A stretch of DNA of 20,152 nucleotides from assembly GCA_046758445.1 (NCBI GenBank), contig JBHIAE010000052.1:1-20152 (forward strand), written 5' to 3'. Below, piece after piece: positions 10,002 through 16,426 of the stretch. Origin of the DNA: Candidatus Thorarchaeota archaeon. Lineage in GTDB: Archaea > Asgardarchaeota > Thorarchaeia > Thorarchaeales > Thorarchaeaceae. How positions within the stretch are numbered: position 1 is the stretch's first letter; each line of letters begins with the position of its first letter. A model generated the notes under the pieces. The model was not told the origin of the DNA, did not search any database, and saw only the letters and a list, made by a program, of their open reading frames with translations. Position numbers and translations under genes: made by a program.

Positions 10002-10032
10002 GAGGGATTAGAAGGTTAACCATTACTTTTAG
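10002..10032. repeat. Putative attL
   Basis: GAGGGATTAGAAGGTTAAC (10002-10020) vs TAGGGTTTGAAGGGTTAAC (18248-18266). The inner arm AACCATTACTTTTAG is 12/15 identical to the reverse complement of 18240-18254. Confidence 0.6.
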
Positions 10033-10073
10033 CAGGGGGGTAAGTGTATGTGGGTTTACGCCCCCTATATTAC

Positions 10074-11489
10074 ATGTCCGTTTCTAGAAAACCCGCTTGG
10101 TATGAAAAAGATGAGTTTCTAGACCGTTGGGTTGGTTCTCGAACAGAATCCACCAAGAAACTTTACAGAAAGGCTTGGCGTAGGTGGATGAGCTTCCTAA
10201 CTACAAAAGAAGAATGGAATCCAACCCCTGAAGAAATCATAATTGAATACGAAGAGGATCTAAAGGTCCCAATCCGCCAAGGCGGTGGGGAAACAGGTAG
10301 AAGAATTGAACGCTTCTACAAGTGGCTTATTGAGGAATACATCAATCCTAGTGTTGATGGCGATGATGTTCATTTGTCACCCAGCAGTGCCAATACATAT
10401 TGTGGTGCGATAATGGGGTTCTATAGAATGAACACAGGGCAACGCGTACCATTTCAAAGACCTGTGCGTGAGGTCTTACCTAGAGGTAGAGTCGCTGATA
10501 ACGCCAAAATTGAGTTGGAACATCATCACATCCGAGGATTACTCGACGCAAGCAACTCCTTACGCGAGAAGGCATTCATCCTCTGCATGTATGAATTTGG
10601 CTCTGACTTGGACACCCTTCTGAAATTGGATGTCAAGCATATCGGTAACTATGACCTTGACTGGGCGACTATCACAACCACCAGAGGAAAGACCAGAGTT
10701 CAATACATTTCACATCTAGGTCCTAATGCTATGAGGGTACTGAGAACATACCTCTTGAAGCGGTTCAAGATTCGAGGGAAGATTGACTCTGTGACTAAGG
10801 CATTCAAGAGAGTTTCAAGTAAGTATAAGGGCAAAATGATGAAGGCTTGGAACCAACCCCTCTTTGTGATGAAATCAAGGGGTGGTTCTTGGAAACGTCT
10901 AACATCTGGAGCAATCAGGAAGGAGTTTAGTAGCATTAGGCGCACAGCTGGATTCGTTGATGAGGATCTACGCATCAAAGGAAGACAAAATTCGGTTGTC
11001 CTGTATTCATTGCGTTCAGCGTTTGAAACTCACTTAGCATTGGCTGGATGTCCAAAAGAGTTATACGACTTCTGGATGGGTCACAAGCTTCCCTATGAGG
11101 GTGCATATTTTAGAGTCAAGCAGACGAGTCTCAAAGAGTATCAACGATATTGGAAGCAAGCCCTAGACATTTACTCAGGCTTCGGAACTGATGTTGATGA
11201 GATGGTTCAAGAACGCCTTCGTGATGAATTGGCGAAGTACATCGGGTTTGCTCGTGTTGAAGATATTGAACGTGAAGCACGTATCATTGCTGCGGAAAGA
11301 CGAATGCACGAGAGTGGTGGTGGTAAGGCACGAATTGGTGAGTATGAACCCGAAATCATCATTGAACAGATTGAGAGTGGTAATCTAATAGATCCGTTGG
11401 ATGAACTTAACGAGGAAGAACTAACACAAGTGAAGTTTGAGGCGTGGCAAAGGATAGTCATGAGAAGTCTAACAGACAATCAGGAATGA
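10074..11489 (+). CDS. Tyrosine recombinase/integrase, non-canonical active site
   Basis: N-terminal SAM-like region (T..LY...W..W..FL; SANTY...I..FY). Catalytic-domain pattern LREKAFIL.MY..GSD..TLL.L, RGKT, YSLR..F.T.L, FWMGH, YEGAY. ATG 10074 preferred over GTG 10044. Confidence 0.88.
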   Translation: MSVSRKPAWYEKDEFLDRWVGSRTESTKKLYRKAWRRWMSFLTTKEEWNPTPEEIIIEYEEDLKVPIRQGGGETGRRIERFYKWLIEEYINPSVDGDDVHLSPSSANTYCGAIMGFYRMNTGQRVPFQRPVREVLPRGRVADNAKIELEHHHIRGLLDASNSLREKAFILCMYEFGSDLDTLLKLDVKHIGNYDLDWATITTTRGKTRVQYISHLGPNAMRVLRTYLLKRFKIRGKIDSVTKAFKRVSSKYKGKMMKAWNQPLFVMKSRGGSWKRLTSGAIRKEFSSIRRTAGFVDEDLRIKGRQNSVVLYSLRSAFETHLALAGCPKELYDFWMGHKLPYEGAYFRVKQTSLKEYQRYWKQALDIYSGFGTDVDEMVQERLRDELAKYIGFARVEDIEREARIIAAERRMHESGGGKARIGEYEPEIIIEQIESGNLIDPLDELNEEELTQVKFEAWQRIVMRSLTDNQE

Positions 11490-11491
11490 GT

Positions 11492-11509
11492 GAAGGGAGC
11501 AATCCCTTC
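11492..11509 (+). terminator. Stem-loop directly after integrase stop
   Basis: GAAGGGA-GCAA-TCCCTTC: perfect 7-bp stem with a GNRA loop, starting 3 nt after TGA. Confidence 0.5.
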
Positions 11510-11577
11510 TCAAACTATAATTCCATGAGAAGTCTATGGATTACCGTTAGAGTTATACCTGAAGGATTTTTGAGAGG

Positions 11578-11588
11578 TTTTTATTAAT
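11578..11588 (+). promoter_or_regulatory. Putative TATA box for ORF 11609
   Basis: TTTTTATTAAT about 25 nt upstream of ATG 11609. Confidence 0.5.
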
Positions 11589-11608
11589 GGTCATAACAAG
11601 TTAATCCA

Positions 11609-12007
11609 ATGGTTGTAGGCAGAATGAAAAAAGAGCTTCCTGTCAAGGATGGGGTTAGGTACACATTTGTTGGTTTCTATGATTCATATTTCTGGGATGA
11701 GATTAACCTTAGAGATAGAGTAGTGAAACAGAAAAAACTGCTGTTTACGAGTATCAAGCTTCAAAACGGAACTTTGGTAAAGGATGAGTATTGGTTTGAC
11801 TCTTCTAAACAATTTGAAGATCTAGGAGAATTGAAGAAGGGGGACATCATTCAATTTAATGCACGAGTTAAGATATTTTTGACTGGTTATGAAAGTCAAT
11901 ATTCATGCGATCCTGGAACTGATGAGTGGCGGATTGAATATGAAGATAAACGTGAATTGGATTTCAAGTTGCTGAACCCCTCCAAAGTCAAGAGAATATC
12001 TAACTGA
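11609..12007 (+). CDS. Conserved hypothetical, probable OB-fold protein of mobile elements
   Basis: Pattern R..F.G.. / LL...I / DxxWF / L..GD.I.F.ARVK....GY / DFKL..P.KV recalls a widespread uncharacterised phage/MGE family (recognised from memory, not searched). Confidence 0.65.
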   Translation: MVVGRMKKELPVKDGVRYTFVGFYDSYFWDEINLRDRVVKQKKLLFTSIKLQNGTLVKDEYWFDSSKQFEDLGELKKGDIIQFNARVKIFLTGYESQYSCDPGTDEWRIEYEDKRELDFKLLNPSKVKRISN

Positions 12008-12056
12008 TTCTCCCTTAGATGGCAGACCTTAAATTCATTCACGAGAAGTGCTTCCT

Positions 12057-12320
12057 ATGAAGAAGAACTGGGCTTTTCCTAGAGGTAAAAACTTCTTTGC
12101 CTTTGGGTGGGGCAAGCGTGGTCCTTACGCAGTTGTAACTAGGCGAATAGGACGTAGGACCTACGCAAAAGCATCCATTGGCGCTCTTGGACCCAGAGTA
12201 GGTGGCAAATACTCTGGTAGAAGAGCATCTGCTGAAGGAAGGATAAATCTCTCAACCGGGAAACCATCATTCTCTTTCAAGAGGAAACGTAGTTCCTCAC
12301 GTCGAAGAAGGCGTAGATAA
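12057..12320 (+). CDS. Small highly basic Gly/Arg-rich protein with C-terminal poly-Arg
   Basis: 87 aa with 27 Lys/Arg and one acidic residue. CTTAAAT TATA-like box about 25 nt upstream of ATG 12057. Confidence 0.65.
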   Translation: MKKNWAFPRGKNFFAFGWGKRGPYAVVTRRIGRRTYAKASIGALGPRVGGKYSGRRASAEGRINLSTGKPSFSFKRKRSSSRRRRRR

Positions 12321-12412
12321 AAGATTCCTGCTGGAGTCAGAGAATGGAAAAACAGAGGATTCCATTTGCCTTTGCTTTGTTTTGCATGAACGTCCAAACA
12401 TTGATGGGCTTT

Positions 12413-12688
12413 TCAGAGACCAAGTGCTACAATCTCAGAGCTTAGGGTTGTTCCTGCACCAACCGAGAGAAGCGTGAAGCCTACGACATTGCCACTGACA
12501 TCAACGTGATTGATATCACCAACTGAGGTCTTTGGGTCTGTAGAAGTCACTTTGACATTCAGTACTGCTTGGATGTTCTGTAGATCCGCAATAGTCACCT
12601 GAATGTAGACCGTTCCCGAAGCCACAACTGAACTATCAGACTGCTTTGAGATGGTTGAACCATCTTTGAGAGTTCCAACGACTGTCAC
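12413..12688 (-). CDS. Small all-beta protein, possible virion decoration/spike protein
   Basis: 91 aa rich in V/T/S/G with alternating beta-strand pattern. GTG start overlaps the upstream stop (GTGA) and is preceded by GGGTGA. Confidence 0.7.
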   Translation of the reverse strand: MTVVGTLKDGSTISKQSDSSVVASGTVYIQVTIADLQNIQAVLNVKVTSTDPKTSVGDINHVDVSGNVVGFTLLSVGAGTTLSSEIVALGL

Positions 12689-13238
12689 CTAATCACCCTC
12701 TGGATGGTCCTTCGTGGGATGGCAGCAATGTTTCTAGCAAACTGGACGGCTTGGTCAAGCACCTGAAATCCTGTTTGCCTGTAGATGTCCACAGGAGGGG
12801 GATAACTCCCAGACCTTCTCCTTGTCCTCACAGGGCTAGGTGCTGAGAATGTATGCCCAGTTGGGTCACTGAAGGCTAACCTTGTGGTTGCTGAAGGATC
12901 TACCCCGCCACTAGCTCGTCTATGAGAACCTCGGTCAGATGCCCTTGTCTTCTCAAAGTAGTGTTGAGGACGAAGGAATGACCGTGTACCTCCGCTAAGA
13001 ACTCCAATCACACTTGGGATGTCTCCGATTGTTGTCCCCTTGGGATAGCTCCTAGGGGAGATTCCATGAACACTTCCACTTGATGGAACGTTCGGTCTTC
13101 TCGATTGTGATGTTCTTCCATGTCGTGCCTCAGTCAGACCTTCGAAAACCTGAATGCTAGCATGTAACGGCCATGCTACAGACTCAAGCCTTCTAGTTCT
13201 GCTACTACGTCTTGGAGGACGTCCATAGAGATTCCCAT
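12685..13238 (-). pseudogene. Arg/Ser/Pro-rich basic protein (~184 aa) with frameshift right after the start codon
   Basis: AGGTGA SD then ATG at 13238. The frame of the 108-aa track ORF is stop-free from 13251 to its stop at 12685. Adding one G to ATGGG gives MGNLYGRPPRRSSRTRRLES... Confidence 0.65.
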
Positions 13239-13243
13239 CTCTA

Positions 13244-13786
13244 TCACCTAGTCACACTACTGTAGCCCCTGTGCTTTCTCAATCGTTTCTTCTCTGCCTC
13301 ACGTCTCTGTCTGTTTGCTTTGATTCGTTCTGCTGCCTGTTTCATCTCTTGTTCCTTAATCTCCTCCTCAGTAGGTGGAGCAGGGGGTGGCGGAGTGAAT
13401 CTCTCTCGGAATGAAGTGAGTATTCCGAAGCCTTTGAATGGTCCACCCCCTGCGGTTGGTATCGAATGAGTCGCTCTCCTTTCCAGAGCTTGGTCAAAGG
13501 CTGAGCCTTGAGAAGATGAGTAGGTTTCTGAAGCATGAGTGGTCTGTGGTTCTGGATTGGGCTGAGGCTGTCCAGACTGAGGTTTGACTAGTGGAGTTGC
13601 CTCCGTGAGCTTCTCTAGTGGTTTCTGTTCAGACATCTGTTCCTTGATTCGTCGCCTGACTGGAACAGGATCTACTCCAGCACGAATCCGAATGTTCCCT
13701 GTGACGGCATCGACAATGGCAAACAGTGCTGAGACTCTTCGGTTCAATTCATTGGGATTGAACTGTTTCTGCTTCCTAGCCATCAT
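13244..13786 (-). CDS. Hypothetical Pro/Gln-rich protein with basic C-terminal coiled coil
   Basis: 180-aa ORF with ATGA overlap to the upstream gene, GGAGGT SD, PPPPAPP segment and charged helix. Confidence 0.75.
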   Translation of the reverse strand: MMARKQKQFNPNELNRRVSALFAIVDAVTGNIRIRAGVDPVPVRRRIKEQMSEQKPLEKLTEATPLVKPQSGQPQPNPEPQTTHASETYSSSQGSAFDQALERRATHSIPTAGGGPFKGFGILTSFRERFTPPPPAPPTEEEIKEQEMKQAAERIKANRQRREAEKKRLRKHRGYSSVTR

Positions 13787-14961
13787 TCAACCTCCTGTTC
13801 TGGTGGCTCACCATAGGTCATGAATTCCCCAGCACCTAATCGCTCTAGCTCCTCCGACATCAACCGCGTACTCTCCCGAATATCATCAATTGAAGACGGG
13901 GTCGGAGGTGCAGATCCTGCATCATAAACTGCTTGTGCACCCTGAAGTAGCCAATCCTTCACTGCTTTTGTAGACGACCTTACATCCCTGAAGGTATCAA
14001 TCATCTCACCCTCAACCTGCTCAGACCATGTTCTGTCCCTTTGACGAGTTTCAAGGTCACGTATCTTATCCTCAAGTGGTCTGACTGTCTCGTCCATCCA
14101 AATCCTGCGTTCCAACTTCTCTTCCAATCTGTCAATTCTTCGTTGAAGCTTCTCATTTTCAAGCTCCAACTCACGCTCTCGTTCTGAATCATCATACGAA
14201 CCTTCGGGTTCAATGATAGCCTTCATCTCTTTGAAGGTCTGAATCATCTCACGCATCTGGCTGGCTGGATTGTCCTGTTGATAGCGTCCACCAAACTCAC
14301 CACGTCCGGGTCTAGACGGGGTCCGTCGAGTGGGACCAGTCCATGTTTGCTTACTTCTGTAGATCCGGTCCTCAAGGTCATAGGGCACTTCCAGCCCTCT
14401 TTTGGCTACCCAATCTTGAAGGAACATTCGCTGACTAGTGGGATTCCAACTAACCACCATTTCCTCAGCCAACTCAATGAAGTCCCATAGGTTGTCTAGG
14501 TCAAGCTCTCTGGTCTTGAACATGTGAACAAATCGCGAGGCATCTCGTTTGGGCATATCCCAATAAATCAACAATCTCTCCAACTTCTCATAGACATCAG
14601 GTGCCTCAGGTGTCGGTTCTCGTCTGGGGCGGTGTCTTGGTCTCTCCACTGGTTCATCCATTTCCTCCCATTCATTCTCATCCTCTTCATCGGTGAGGTC
14701 AATCTCATCATCTAGGTGGGTTGGTGCCTCCATTGATTCCACCATTTCTTGTACATCAGTTTCAACAATAGGTTCAGGCTCATCGAATGGGTGTGGAATT
14801 ACCGTGTCATCTTCTATGGTGCTAAATGGGTGTTCCACCATTGCTCCATCTGACTTACCCTTACAGAATCTTTGGTGCGTATTTAGTGCCCGTTTGTTCT
14901 TCCATGGCTTTCCATGTCTGTCCGCTGTTGCACCACAATGTATGCATGCAAGTTCAGTCAT
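13783..14961 (-). CDS. Hypothetical protein: N-terminal Zn finger, acidic linker, helical domain, coiled coil
   Basis: CIHC-x18-HQRFC (C2HC finger), D/E-rich residues ~50-105, heptad region ERERELELENEKLQRRIDRLEEKL, AGGTGGTG SD upstream. Confidence 0.85.
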   Translation of the reverse strand: MTELACIHCGATADRHGKPWKNKRALNTHQRFCKGKSDGAMVEHPFSTIEDDTVIPHPFDEPEPIVETDVQEMVESMEAPTHLDDEIDLTDEEDENEWEEMDEPVERPRHRPRREPTPEAPDVYEKLERLLIYWDMPKRDASRFVHMFKTRELDLDNLWDFIELAEEMVVSWNPTSQRMFLQDWVAKRGLEVPYDLEDRIYRSKQTWTGPTRRTPSRPGRGEFGGRYQQDNPASQMREMIQTFKEMKAIIEPEGSYDDSERERELELENEKLQRRIDRLEEKLERRIWMDETVRPLEDKIRDLETRQRDRTWSEQVEGEMIDTFRDVRSSTKAVKDWLLQGAQAVYDAGSAPPTPSSIDDIRESTRLMSEELERLGAGEFMTYGEPPEQEVE

Positions 14962-14972
14962 AGTCCATTACA

Positions 14973-15023
14973 CCACCTAGTGTCCACCTAGTGGACATTC
15001 CATTATGCATAATGGTCAATATT
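14973..15023. promoter_or_regulatory. Palindrome/direct-repeat cluster (operator or origin-like)
   Basis: CCACCTAGTG twice (14973, 14984), TGTCCAC-CTA-GTGGACA (14981-14997), and perfect 16-bp palindrome CCATTATGCATAATGG (15000-15015). Confidence 0.55.
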
Positions 15024-15053
15024 AGATCCCCACCCCCGAGGGCATGGGTACTT

Positions 15054-15320
15054 CTACCATTCAAATCCATTAATCCTCCTTTGGGATTCTTCCATTGTTC
15101 TGAATAAATACACCATATAGGATACACATGGCTTCTTAGTTGTCCGTATGGTTAATGATTCCTCTTCTTTGGCGAGTTCACCAATAGCTTTGGCAAGAAT
15201 CAGCCTTTCACGTTCTGCGTCTAGCCACTCCTTCAACACTATGAGATAGGATTGTGATTTGACCAATCTTCTACCAATAGCATCCAACAAAGGTGGTAGT
15301 GGTGGATACATAGCACTCAT
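15054..15320 (-). CDS. Hypothetical protein (88 aa)
   Basis: AGGTGA SD immediately upstream of ATG 15320, directly following the stop of the upstream gene. Confidence 0.65.
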   Translation of the reverse strand: MSAMYPPLPPLLDAIGRRLVKSQSYLIVLKEWLDAERERLILAKAIGELAKEEESLTIRTTKKPCVSYMVYLFRTMEESQRRINGFEW

Positions 15321-15330
15321 CTTGTTCACC

Positions 15331-15642
15331 TCATGGTGCGGGAAGGATTGCCTGTGGTTCAATCTCAAACACTCTCAATACATTCTCATCTGTGTCAAAC
15401 TTGACCTCTAGAACCCGTGGAAGGACTGCACGAAGCTCAATAGTACTCTTGCCTGAGATCCTAGTAACGCTGACATCCCAGAGCTCTACTGCTGTAAGCC
15501 CAGTTCATGTCTTGACCTCATCACCAAACCTTGTGCTTAAGGTCGCTCTAACTGTTGAGCCTGAGTTCACAACTTCAATCACTCCACCAAGATACCGTTC
15601 CTGCTCGTAATCATCATTTTGTCCGAAGAACCTTCTCAGCAC
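15331..15642 (-). pseudogene. Beta-rich hypothetical protein (103 codons) interrupted by an in-frame TGA
   Basis: AAGGAGG SD, then GTG 15642 overlapping the wHTH stop. MLRRFFGQ...GDEVKT*TGLTAVELW...ILPAP*. TGA at 15507-15505 (codon 46). The gene fills the gap between its neighbours. Confidence 0.7.
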
Positions 15643-15947
15643 AGATTTGCCTCCTTGACCAGAACCCCTTTTGGCTTCAGCTTGAACACTCGCCCTCGCT
15701 TTGGGTCATCAAACCTGTCAATCATTTGAAAGCTAAACAGCTTCTCAACCCCCTTCTTCCTGACCGTTACTGGGCTGAGTCCTGTTGCCTCTGCAATCTC
15801 ATTAATTGTCATTCCTCTCTGAGGCTTCTGAGCCAGTGCTAGAAGTGTACGACTTGCAGATCCTGAACTCAAGATTCGTTTGATAATTGGCTCTTTCCTG
15901 ATGACAATAGGTTCGGCCATAGTAGAACTAACTAGTTCCTCCCACAT
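15636..15947 (-). CDS. Winged helix-turn-helix DNA-binding protein
   Basis: LLAL...GMTINEIAEATGLSPVTVRK....L....I.R...RGRVFKL..KG is a typical wHTH pattern. The start may be ATG 15920. Confidence 0.85.
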   Translation of the reverse strand: MWEELVSSTMAEPIVIRKEPIIKRILSSGSASRTLLALAQKPQRGMTINEIAEATGLSPVTVRKKGVEKLFSFQMIDRFDDPKRGRVFKLKPKGVLVKEANLC

Positions 15948-16167
15948 GTATCCTAAAGTCGGTCTAGCAAAAAAAGGAATGCACCAGCCCTGCGGAGTGT
16001 AACAGAGTCAGTGCAAAGAGCTATAACTGACGTCCAGTCGTCACACTTGGGTTGAGTAGTGTAAGGTGGTTGAGATGTATCAATCATTCGTTAGGAAGAA
16101 GGAAGCTCTGAGGGTGGTAATGGTCTAGATTTAGAAATAGACCCCTCAGAGCTAGGAGCCCAGTACA

Positions 16168-16342
16168 ATGAGCCTCCAAATTAACTACGAACCAAAGCCA
16201 TATTTGTCTAAGCTTCGTAGTGAAAGTGGTAATTGAGGATGAGCGACCCGAGGGTGTCCGTGTTCTCATGCTAGAGAAGTGGGTCATCAAGGGTGATGCG
16301 CCAAGGAAGGTTCGCATCAGTATTGAGCCTGTTGAGGACTAG
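16168..16342 (+). pseudogene. Small (~58 aa) protein split by a frameshift near 16220
   Basis: AGGAG SD and ATG 16168 give MSLQINYEPKPYLSKLRS. The +1 frame continues VKVVIEDERPEGVRVLMLEKWVIKGDAPRKVRISIEPVED* and has no ATG upstream of this segment. Confidence 0.5.
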
Positions 16343-16348
16343 ATCTAC

Positions 16349-16384
16349 GGTGGGGTGGATAGACCCACCCACCACTCTTCTTTC
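16349..16384 (+). terminator. GC-rich hairpin plus pyrimidine tract between convergent genes
   Basis: GGTGGGGTGG-ATAGAC-CCACCCACC (one bulge) followed by ACTCTTCTTTC. Confidence 0.55.
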
Positions 16385-16426
16385 ACTGAATTCCGAATTT
16401 ATTAATGAAGAATAAGCACTCTAAGA

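Noticed and set aside
9950-10020. AOR ends at EYYGIHEWD without the usual short C-terminal tail; possible truncation by the insertion
   Set aside because: The stop at 9982 lies about 30 nt before the proposed attL, and the read-through sequence does not resemble an AOR tail.
9983-10073. tRNA or tRNA fragment as integration target
   Set aside because: No cloverleaf or T-loop (GTTCRAATC) motif at either end of the element.
12161-12397. 78-aa minus-strand ORF continuing the orphan operon
   Set aside because: TTG start without SD, and antisense to the better-supported basic protein gene.
15392-15842. Plus-strand ORFs 15392-15610 and 15555-15842
   Set aside because: Antisense shadows of the TGA-interrupted gene and the wHTH gene.
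16084-16317. 77-aa minus-strand ORF
   Set aside because: No SD and unremarkable composition; the plus strand has SD motifs and a downstream terminator. Not fully excluded.
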